Source of the DNA: a virus
Lineage: Duplodnaviria > Caudoviricetes
Length of the DNA: 64,000 bases
Reading direction: 5' to 3' (one strand)
Virus record (IMG/VR): IMGVR_UViG_3300028797_000013
Span: 2,912-66,911 of that record
Shown piece after piece: positions 1-7,215 of this stretch (the first letter of the stretch is position 1; every line of letters begins with the position of its first letter). Below the pieces are notes generated by a model. It saw only the letters and a list, made by a program, of their open reading frames with translations. It did not search any database and was not told where the DNA came from. Position numbers and translations under genes: made by a program.

Positions 1-192
1 ATTACTTAAGGAACGGAACATGTCAGCGTGGTTAGCCGGCCTTATGCTGTTAGTAGCTTTCTTGACGCCGCGATGAAAACCGCGTAGATAGGCTTTACGG
101 ATCGCAGCGTCGGTCTGCGTCAGCAAGTCCAGGCAGTCATACTGCACATAGTTACTTGCTACAATGTCAACCTTCTGGTTGGTTTCAGGCAT
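1..192 (-). CDS. Hypothetical protein, partial (runs off the left edge)
   Basis: Manual translation MPETNQKVDIVASNYVQYDCL... is open to position 1; its ATG overlaps the end of the upstream gene; not on the ORF track. Confidence 0.6.
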   Translation of the reverse strand, partial: MPETNQKVDIVASNYVQYDCLDLLTQTDAAIRKAYLRGFHRGVKKATNSIRPANHADMFRSLSN

Positions 193-535
193 GGGCTTCC
201 TCCTTGGCAATATGCTTTGCTCGTGCCAGTAAATCGTTGTTGAGAAACAGCTCCATCTCATTGAAGGCATCGTCAACGAAATACTGGCACATGTTGTTAG
301 ATACAACCGCATCGAGCAGCCGGGTGTAGCTGATCATCTTCTTGATCTGGGTAATACTGGTACTGTGGATATGCATGCCCTTGATGCTCAGGACGAGCAT
401 ATCACCATCATGCGCATCATTTGGCTTCTCGATGTAAACCTCAAAGCAGACTGCAAACGATGGGTTAGCAAAGGCAGCTTTACGGCTGGTTGCAAAGCCG
501 TAGACCACATTGACGAAATGTTCACTTGCAAGCAT
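185..535 (-). CDS. Hypothetical protein (116 aa)
   Basis: AAGGAGGA SD before the ATG; fits the co-oriented operon. Confidence 0.75.
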   Translation of the reverse strand: MLASEHFVNVVYGFATSRKAAFANPSFAVCFEVYIEKPNDAHDGDMLVLSIKGMHIHSTSITQIKKMISYTRLLDAVVSNNMCQYFVDDAFNEMELFLNNDLLARAKHIAKEEAHA

Positions 536-557
536 TAGTATCCTCCTTTTTTGTCTT

Positions 558-770
558 TCAGAACGCTGTGTCTCTCAGATCAGCGAGTGCATCTTCCATT
601 TTGTCCAGCGTCTCGGCTCCCACGCAGTCCATCGTGCATGTCTCTCCGACCTGGCAGCGCCTTTTCGCATGTCTGCAGCTGCACATTCCTCCGATAACTT
701 TTTTCTGCCCAGCTGTGCAATATTTCTTATCCCTGTAGATTTCGCAGTATTCCCGCGCACACCAGCTCAT
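558..770 (-). CDS. Small Cys-rich hypothetical protein
   Basis: ATGA overlap with the upstream stop; SD present; 7 Cys. Confidence 0.65.
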   Translation of the reverse strand: MSWCAREYCEIYRDKKYCTAGQKKVIGGMCSCRHAKRRCQVGETCTMDCVGAETLDKMEDALADLRDTAF

Positions 771-1066
771 GCTCCATCTCCCTCCTTATCTGCTGGGATG
801 ACTATAGGGGTCGGAAGGATTTTGTCGAAGAAGTGACGTAGAAACTCCATATGGAATTCCGTTTCTTCCGGATCATTTTCTTCTGACAGCTTCTTGCACC
901 CATCAAGGAATGCATCAAGGTCAATCAGCCGTCCATGCAGTGGAATGGGACTCGCTGTTCCAAGGTGAGGCACACCAAACTGAGAGGTTACCTCCCCATC
1001 AGGGAAAATCACCACACAGATTGCATTTTCCTTTGGCATCTCCAGGCCAGTTATTAAGATACTCAT
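767..1066 (-). CDS. Hypothetical phage protein
   Basis: GGAGG SD; HGRLIDLDAF motif typical of small Bacillota phage ORFs. Confidence 0.75.
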   Translation of the reverse strand: MSILITGLEMPKENAICVVIFPDGEVTSQFGVPHLGTASPIPLHGRLIDLDAFLDGCKKLSEENDPEETEFHMEFLRHFFDKILPTPIVIPADKEGDGA

Positions 1067-1076
1067 TTGTCACTCT

Positions 1077-1502
1077 TTACCTCCTCCGCAATATATTCTG
1101 CCGCCTTCCCTTCAGCGCGGCCTTTGCCTCCTCCCAGGTGAGAAATATATCCTGGCCAAATTGAGATGCAGAAACAAATGTATCGAGTTTTAAGTCGTGA
1201 CTTATTCCGTCCGATAGTTCGTATGCTCGGATTTGAAGCCCACTTTTATCGAAATTTACATAAGAGAATCCGATACAGACGTATTCGTTAATTCGATCAG
1301 GTCTACCATAGGTTTCTTTGATTGCTCTATAAAATTTATCCCCGACCTTACACGGCGGAATCACAAGCCGACCCTGCTCCTCCATTTCTTCAAACGCAAT
1401 GAGCTTCCCATGTGACACACGCATGATTTCCATCTCATCAGGCGTAAAGTATCTTCTTTTACGTTCGATGATTTCGCCAAGTGCCTTGCTGCATTTAATC
1501 AT
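1077..1502 (-). CDS. Hypothetical phage protein (start moved to MIKCSK)
   Basis: AGGAG SD before ATG 1502; GRLVIPPCKVGD and FLTWEEAKAAL motifs common in Bacillota phage accessory genes. Confidence 0.75.
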   Translation of the reverse strand: MIKCSKALGEIIERKRRYFTPDEMEIMRVSHGKLIAFEEMEEQGRLVIPPCKVGDKFYRAIKETYGRPDRINEYVCIGFSYVNFDKSGLQIRAYELSDGISHDLKLDTFVSASQFGQDIFLTWEEAKAALKGRRQNILRRR

Positions 1503-1761
1503 TCTCCTGCCCTCCATCCTTGCGCTCACCCCATTTGCAGAAGAAATCCGAATCATTAGGGCAATTCCTTCTCCACTTGTGGCAGTAGTGATATTGGCTT
1601 TCACCGTCATGGTGTATGCACTCACAGCATCTGACCACCTCCGCCACATCGGCGGCTGGTACGCTGTCGATCATCGCCGCAAACGTCCGGTTTATCGCCG
1701 GGGCGTACTTAGGCTGGAACACCTTATGAACATCAGAGCGTCTCACGAAATCGTCAGCCAT
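1495..1761 (-). CDS. Hypothetical Zn-binding protein (ADVAEVVRCxEC type), paralog of 2171..2437
   Basis: GGAGG SD before MADDF; CxxC plus FCxxGERK motif. Confidence 0.75.
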   Translation of the reverse strand: MADDFVRRSDVHKVFQPKYAPAINRTFAAMIDSVPAADVAEVVRCCECIHHDGESQYHYCHKWRRNCPNDSDFFCKWGERKDGGQEND

Positions 1762-1765
1762 AGTC

Positions 1766-1948
1766 CTACCCTCCATATCCACGCATACTTAGCGCCATCA
1801 TCAGAGATGCTTCTTTCGGGTACTTTTGCACAAAGGCACTCATTATTGCGCCTCTCAGTTCGGATTGAGACATCTTTTTCGGCTTGGGCGGCAGTTTTCC
1901 TTCCTTTGCGGCAATGGCGGTTGGATTATGCTTGTGCTGTCCCATCAT
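1766..1948 (-). CDS. Hypothetical protein (60 aa)
   Basis: Fills the gap in the operon; start overlaps the upstream stop. Confidence 0.55.
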   Translation of the reverse strand: MMGQHKHNPTAIAAKEGKLPPKPKKMSQSELRGAIMSAFVQKYPKEASLMMALSMRGYGG

Positions 1949-2178
1949 TGCCCTCTGTCCTTACGCACACGATACCGATTGCAGTACTGTGGCGGTTCAT
2001 CGAAGGGGCCTCTACAGTGGCAAAGATATTTGTACGAGCTTCTTTTCTTTGTTATCAAATTGCTACAGGTGTCGCATGGTATCTCTGGGCGGTTTTTTCG
2101 CACCATTACTACCGTTGCCGTGATAAAACACCAGACACAAGCCACAGCCTCTACAACCAAACAGATTGTTTTAACCAT
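1945..2178 (-). CDS. Small membrane protein with Cys-rich C-terminus
   Basis: GGAGG SD before MVKTICLVV; hydrophobic N-terminal segment; CxxC. Confidence 0.7.
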   Translation of the reverse strand: MVKTICLVVEAVACVWCFITATVVMVRKNRPEIPCDTCSNLITKKRSSYKYLCHCRGPFDEPPQYCNRYRVRKDRGQ

Positions 2179-2437
2179 CCTGTCCTCCGTCCTTACGCTT
2201 GCCCTTTGAGCAATAACCATCTGCATCGAAGTCAATACATATCCCTTTACAAAGGTCATTTTCTCCGCGCCAGTAAATGCACTCCCGGCATCTGACCACC
2301 TCCACCACATCAGAGGTGGGAACTGTGTCAAGTACATCTATTGCCTGCTGACAAGCTTGAGAGCGAAAATAAGGATTACTGAAGGAATCATGACGAAGAT
2401 ATTCTTTAGCTACTTTAACGCTGATATATTTATCCAT
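2171..2437 (-). CDS. Hypothetical Zn-binding protein (SDVVEVVRCREC), paralog of 1495..1761
   Basis: Same length (88 aa) and same C-terminal motif as 1495..1761. Confidence 0.75.
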   Translation of the reverse strand: MDKYISVKVAKEYLRHDSFSNPYFRSQACQQAIDVLDTVPTSDVVEVVRCRECIYWRGENDLCKGICIDFDADGYCSKGKRKDGGQDG

Positions 2438-2490
2438 TTTATAACCCTCTATATTTGCTTCTGGCATCACAGCCCACATTTACTAATTGC

Positions 2491-2682
2491 TCACCTGCAG
2501 GTGTTAGTATCCTCCTTTTGCTGTTTCTGGTATGCAGCCCTGGCTTCTTTGCAGGGCCAGCAGTACCGCATCTCATACGCTACGTGACATTCGATTGGGC
2601 CGAATGGGCACAGCGGCTCTGGCTCATGCTTTTGCAGCTGCAGTCTGAGCCATTCACTGTAGCCACTAGGTATTGTCTTCAT
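2491..2682 (-). CDS. Hypothetical protein
   Basis: GAGG SD before MKTIPSG; overlaps the upstream gene end. Confidence 0.5.
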   Translation of the reverse strand: MKTIPSGYSEWLRLQLQKHEPEPLCPFGPIECHVAYEMRYCWPCKEARAAYQKQQKEDTNTCR

Positions 2683-3409
2683 CGTCTTCGCCTTCCTCAT
2701 CCAGCTCCTGAGATGCCCACTGATCTTCATAATCGTCGAACGCCTTCAGAATGCGATTGAGTACATTCTTATAGGTGTCATCATAGATAGGCAGGAACGT
2801 TGTGGGGTCGGTGCCTACCTGCGGCCGATACTTTGCTTTGAGGCTTTCGTATACAGTCTCCTGTAGATAGTCAGGCGTGAGGCCGGCCAGCCTAAGTGCA
2901 TGAATATCCATTTCGAGCCAGCGCTGCAGGTCCTTTGGCAAATCCATCTCTTCAGGCTGGAGCGCCGGGGCCATGGGCTTTGTGGACACTTTGGTGTCTG
3001 TGGGCTTGCCCAGCTCTCCGGGCGTCGTACCATAGAAGCTACTGAGGGATTCCACATAGGTATCGACCGTACTTGGCACGATACTCTGGGGCCCCTGCTT
3101 ATTGGACAATGGCGTGCTGTAGCCATGTGCCTCAAGCAGCTTATACAACGATTCGATCTTCTCGATCTCGCTGACCAGACTATCCCAGTAGTTCATCTGG
3201 AACGCCGGGACGCCGTAGCGATTCTCCTCAGGGTTCCAATACTTCTGACGCTCGGCGCACAGACGGCGATAGGTCGAGTTAATGTTCTCGCACTGCCTAC
3301 AGATACGAAAACGGCCCTCGGTACCTTTCTGCCTGCTGTAGGTGTAGCGCCTAAAAGCGTCAGCACTTTTCAGGACGCCACACTGCTTGCAGCGTTTCAT
3401 TTCACTCAT
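2666..3409 (-). CDS. Hypothetical protein with N-terminal C4 zinc finger
   Basis: KRCKQCGVLKSADAF...CRQCE motif; acidic tail; coupled start. Confidence 0.8.
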   Translation of the reverse strand: MSEMKRCKQCGVLKSADAFRRYTYSRQKGTEGRFRICRQCENINSTYRRLCAERQKYWNPEENRYGVPAFQMNYWDSLVSEIEKIESLYKLLEAHGYSTPLSNKQGPQSIVPSTVDTYVESLSSFYGTTPGELGKPTDTKVSTKPMAPALQPEEMDLPKDLQRWLEMDIHALRLAGLTPDYLQETVYESLKAKYRPQVGTDPTTFLPIYDDTYKNVLNRILKAFDDYEDQWASQELDEEGEDDEDNT

Positions 3410-3672
3410 TTTGCTTCCTCCATCAGAATCTTGCGCAGCAGCGACCGCAAAGTGTTGAAGTCACTAGATGCCTCACAGTAGCCCGCCTGGTAGCCCCTCT
3501 GGTAGCCGCTATCATATGTTGCTTGCTTGTTCCGCTCCAGAGTCCTGTTCGCATGGTAGATACCATTGTTAAATGACACTTTTACGAGCTCAAGCACTCG
3601 GCTGCCAGTATACGTCTTGCTGGGATCTATGGTTTCCCCATCCACACGGAGCTTCTCATGTGTCATCTTCAT
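3406..3672 (-). CDS. Hypothetical protein
   Basis: GGGAGG SD; GYQRGYQAGY repeat; start could be 3666. Confidence 0.7.
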   Translation of the reverse strand: MKMTHEKLRVDGETIDPSKTYTGSRVLELVKVSFNNGIYHANRTLERNKQATYDSGYQRGYQAGYCEASSDFNTLRSLLRKILMEEAK

Positions 3673-3877
3673 CCTCCCACAAAGCGTTCCAGCAGTCAGG
3701 GCAGAGCCCAGAGATCAGGAACTCACGATCCTCGGCGCTCAGCTCAGGGAACGCATCCTGGATAAGCATTCCACTACGCCATGCGAGGACCCGCTCGGGC
3801 TGCAAGTGGTAAACCTTCTTTGTGCCGCAGCAGGCACACTTGACTTCTTTCTCCATCAGGATCACTTCATCAGGCAT
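3656..3877 (-). CDS. Small Zn-binding hypothetical protein
   Basis: AAGGAG SD before MPDEV; CxxC...DREFLISGLCPDCW motif recurrent in phages. Confidence 0.75.
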   Translation of the reverse strand: MPDEVILMEKEVKCACCGTKKVYHLQPERVLAWRSGMLIQDAFPELSAEDREFLISGLCPDCWNALWEDEDDT

Positions 3878-4046
3878 GCTTGTCACACTCCTTTCGCATT
3901 TGGTTGCCACAGTACCTGCAGTAGTTGTCATAGCGGTTCACACTACGACCACAGTGCGGGCAGCGGCGGACCGTTTCGCCTACTCCGTCACGCTTGCTAA
4001 CGTACGGGCGACCACAGGTCGGGCAGAACTTTTCGCTGGATTCCAT
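3870..4046 (-). CDS. Zinc-ribbon protein (58 aa, below ORF-track cutoff)
   Basis: Manual translation MESSEKFCPTCGRP...RCPHCG...YCRYCGNQM; GGAGGAG SD. Confidence 0.75.
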   Translation of the reverse strand: MESSEKFCPTCGRPYVSKRDGVGETVRRCPHCGRSVNRYDNYCRYCGNQMRKECDKHA

Positions 4047-4065
4047 GGTACTCCTCCTCTGTATG

Positions 4066-4380
4066 TTATTTGTTATACCTCAGTCTACGGGACATGAGAT
4101 TGCAGACCTTACATTCGTTCCGATACCGCTCAGTCCCATTATGGTCCGTATACTTGTAGAACTCGGACAGTGGCTTCTCGACACCACAAAGGCTGCACCG
4201 CTTCTTGGGGGACATGTCGATGTTGGACAGCCGAGTCATAAATCGCTCATCCTGCACACCAACCTTTTGACGGTGCTCTTCGCACAGATATGCCCAGGGG
4301 CCAAAGACGGTCTTGCCATCGTAGATGGCCTGCCGGTCGCAGAAGTCACACTTGGCAGTTATGTTTTTCGGTGTTACCAT
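4066..4380 (-). CDS. Two-zinc-finger protein
   Basis: CDFC...C..H and KRCSLCGVEKPLSEFYK...CKVC; GGAGG SD; first gene after promoter 4424-4455. Confidence 0.8.
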   Translation of the reverse strand: MVTPKNITAKCDFCDRQAIYDGKTVFGPWAYLCEEHRQKVGVQDERFMTRLSNIDMSPKKRCSLCGVEKPLSEFYKYTDHNGTERYRNECKVCNLMSRRLRYNK

Positions 4381-4423
4381 TCAGACCTCCTAAGAGTGGT
4401 AGACTCCCCACACTTCTACTACC

Positions 4424-4455
4424 ATTATACCACAGATAACGCGGTAGCTACACCG
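4424..4455 (-). promoter_or_regulatory. Phage-motif promoter (copy 1 of 5)
   Basis: CGGTGTAGCTACCGCG-N10-TATAAT. Confidence 0.75.
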
Positions 4456-4475
4456 TGAGAAGTCTACCGTCGTTA

Positions 4476-5456
4476 TTACTCGCTCGACCCGGGCAGCACG
4501 TTTCTCTGGAGCGTCATGGGATGGTTCCCCAGCTGCCAGTTCTTATCCGTGATGTCTTTGCCCTCTTTCTCAGCTTTGCGGTTGAGCTGCAGTACATTAT
4601 TCAGCGACGCCGAGATGCCATCAGCATAGCTAACAATCAAGGCCTCCATGAAGTTCGGATAGACAGGACTCCCCTTCTCAGGCTCACCGTGGTGGCTGGC
4701 GATGATGTGGCACAGCGCCTGGATATACGGCTGCTGGGCAGGTACGCAGTTCTCTTCACTCCACTTGGTAAGCTGCTGGATGCCATAGATGATATGATCA
4801 AAGTATCTACCGTTCTGGTTATAGTCGATAGCCGGTGTACTCTGATCGTAGGTCCAGGCTTTGCCGATGTCGTGCATCAGGGCCCCTGCGATGCAGAGAT
4901 CCCAGTTTATATTGTACTGCTCGTACATGAGCTCATTGTTGAGTGCTTTGCAGATGCCATCAGCATACAAGGCCACCTCGTAGCTGTGCTGCAGGTTGCC
5001 GCCGAAACCTACGTGGTGGTTCCCTTTAGCGCTAGTGGCATTGATAAGCTGTGCCTTGTTATGCACATAAAAGCCCAGCACAATCTCACGAAGCAGGCGA
5101 TCCTCGATTGCGCCAATGAGCCGCATCACTTGTGCCCACAGATGGTCGCGGTCAGCCATGTATATGACAGAGAATCTACTCATGTCCTGGTTCTGCGATT
5201 TGGTCATGCTACTGATGGTGATCTGCTTACGTCCGGCGTATTCGCCGATAGAACCAGACAGAGTATACACGAGTTTGGCCTCGGGCACACCCAGAGAAGC
5301 CCTGTAGTCCCAGATTTTTCCGTCCATGGTGTCCGTGCCATCACTGAGAGTGCACTGCAGATAGTCCTTGTTTGTCTTAGTCTTGCGAATGCTGCACTCG
5401 CCAAGGATTAGGTCCACAGTTACACTCTGTCCTACGGTCAGCTCAGAAATCTTCAT
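4476..5456 (-). CDS. yhaM: YhaM-like 3'-5' exoribonuclease (OB fold + HD domain)
   Basis: N-terminal KTKTNKDYL..TLSDGT..MDGKIWD OB fold; HH..GG.LQHS.EV; ALMHDIGK HD motif; SHHG. Confidence 0.88.
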   Translation of the reverse strand: MKISELTVGQSVTVDLILGECSIRKTKTNKDYLQCTLSDGTDTMDGKIWDYRASLGVPEAKLVYTLSGSIGEYAGRKQITISSMTKSQNQDMSRFSVIYMADRDHLWAQVMRLIGAIEDRLLREIVLGFYVHNKAQLINATSAKGNHHVGFGGNLQHSYEVALYADGICKALNNELMYEQYNINWDLCIAGALMHDIGKAWTYDQSTPAIDYNQNGRYFDHIIYGIQQLTKWSEENCVPAQQPYIQALCHIIASHHGEPEKGSPVYPNFMEALIVSYADGISASLNNVLQLNRKAEKEGKDITDKNWQLGNHPMTLQRNVLPGSSE

Positions 5457-5832
5457 TGAATTCTCCTTTCAAAATATGCGGGGAGCCACACAGGCGGCAC
5501 TCTGTAAGCTCCGGGTTGTCTGCAAAGAACCAACCACGGCACTCCTTGCACAGATATGCTGTGTGGCTGTCTTCCTTGGGTTCCAGGGACACTTCGAGGC
5601 TGATGCGCAGCTCTTCTTCCTCGAGGGCCAGCTGCTTCTTGAGGGTCGTACGAGAGTAGGCACCATCCTTCTTGATAGCATCCGGGTCAAAGCACTCAGA
5701 AGCGAAGCGCTTATAGATGGCCATTACTTGACGGTCAGGCATAGCATTGACCTTAGCTACCCACCCAGGCTTGAAGTCATAGACCTGCATAACCTGTGCT
5801 CTGATATTTGCCATTGCGTTAGTCATTTTCAT
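5443..5832 (-). CDS. Hypothetical protein with C-terminal zinc ribbon
   Basis: CKEC...CRLCGS; coupled to neighbours. Confidence 0.7.
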   Translation of the reverse strand: MKMTNAMANIRAQVMQVYDFKPGWVAKVNAMPDRQVMAIYKRFASECFDPDAIKKDGAYSRTTLKKQLALEEEELRISLEVSLEPKEDSHTAYLCKECRGWFFADNPELTECRLCGSPHILKGEFNEDF

Positions 5833-6544
5833 CCCACCCTGTTCTAAATTCGTGATCCTTGATAGTGTCTACATACTTTTGTGCTTGCATGAACTTGATG
5901 CCCTCTTCAGTAGAGCCTGCCGGGTTGTAGAAATAGGTGACTATTTCGTCAAAGACCAGGTCGCCATGAATGAACACAGCATCGATTGCCTCAGACACTG
6001 TTGGCTCAAAGTCATCAAGAGCCCAGGGATATGGACTAGCAAACTGGTTCCGCATGGTGAGTACACCATAGAGTCCTTCATCTTGGTTCCAGTCATGCTT
6101 GCTGCGATATGCGCGATCGTAGATAACCTGAGCTACAGCGCACATACCTTGCATACCCTGGTTGCCTGCCTCAGACACAATCACACGTTTGAGCAAATCG
6201 TAGTTTGCCTGCAGATCCTCGACATTAGTGAGTGTAAATACTGTGGGCTCTTCAATGGTGTCATCTTCATGTGGTTCTACTGCCTCATCGACAATGTATG
6301 CCGTGGTGGTTGGCCAAGTGGCTTCTGGGATCTCAAACTGCATTTCTTTCCAGTTACTCTTACGTATTTGGTGCTGGATGGCTGGGGTATCGTCTACCTG
6401 TACATTGATCTCGGCAACTGAAGGCTGTGGTGGTACATTATCGCTCTCCGCAGGACCTGTACAGGATATAACATGAAGTGCAAGGACTACTGCAGCCCCT
6501 GTTACAGCCAGCACACGGGTAGGGCTTCGTTGCTGGTAGCTCAT
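5819..6544 (-). CDS. SleB-like cell wall hydrolase (Hydrolase_2) with N-terminal signal/membrane segment
   Basis: LLKRVIVSEAGNQ..QGMCAVAQVIYDR, NQF and YFYNP...HEF motifs; hydrophobic residues ~11-27. Confidence 0.8.
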   Translation of the reverse strand: MSYQQRSPTRVLAVTGAAVVLALHVISCTGPAESDNVPPQPSVAEINVQVDDTPAIQHQIRKSNWKEMQFEIPEATWPTTTAYIVDEAVEPHEDDTIEEPTVFTLTNVEDLQANYDLLKRVIVSEAGNQGMQGMCAVAQVIYDRAYRSKHDWNQDEGLYGVLTMRNQFASPYPWALDDFEPTVSEAIDAVFIHGDLVFDEIVTYFYNPAGSTEEGIKFMQAQKYVDTIKDHEFRTGWDEND

Positions 6545-6999
6545 CCTTGTTCCATCCTCCTCATGTACATAAGCTGCAGACCTTCTGGTGAGACTTTTGA
6601 CAGGTCAGTATCCTCAAGGCCAAACTCATGCTCCAAGAGGAATGGGCGCACAGCCTCAGGGCTGAACTGGATGTAAGGGTGCCGGCCGCACTTCATTGCT
6701 GGATACCCTTCGCAAAGACCAGTTGTCTTATCAATGCCGGAGCCCAAATACGGACACTGGAAGCATTCAGGGTTGTAGACCTGATCAGGAACCTGCTTCA
6801 TGATTCTACTGGCATGATGTAGACACCAGGACTTAACAGCAGGGGCAATCTCCTCATAATCCAACAGATAGAATGGATACAGATCACTGACATCCTGGTC
6901 AGGGCAATCGATTGAAGCTTTTGCCAGTTCCTCCCAAGCACTGCTGAAAACTAACAGTGCTTGGGCGAAGCGATATTCTTTACTTCCCAGTAAACCCAT
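6541..6999 (-). CDS. Hypothetical protein
   Basis: GAAAGGAG SD before MGLLGS; Cys cluster. Confidence 0.7.
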   Translation of the reverse strand: MGLLGSKEYRFAQALLVFSSAWEELAKASIDCPDQDVSDLYPFYLLDYEEIAPAVKSWCLHHASRIMKQVPDQVYNPECFQCPYLGSGIDKTTGLCEGYPAMKCGRHPYIQFSPEAVRPFLLEHEFGLEDTDLSKVSPEGLQLMYMRRMEQG

Positions 7000-7198
7000 T
7001 ACTGCGCCGCTCCTTTCTGTTCCTGCCAAAGACAGCATTCACATCTTCCTGTGTCATCGGCATCACCAGCTGCACATGGTCAGGGTCGTCAGTAAACTCT
7101 TTGTTCTTAGTCTTGCTGCAGGGTCCACCGTTGATGAAGCAGTTGGCCTTTGCACACAGGTAGTTTTTCTCAGGGTTGCAGTTATAAAAGACTTCCAT
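6980..7198 (-). CDS. Small Cys-rich hypothetical protein
   Basis: GGAGGTG SD; in operon. Confidence 0.65.
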   Translation of the reverse strand: MEVFYNCNPEKNYLCAKANCFINGGPCSKTKNKEFTDDPDHVQLVMPMTQEDVNAVFGRNRKERRSNGFTGK

Positions 7199-7215
7199 TA
7201 GCTACTCACCTCCTC

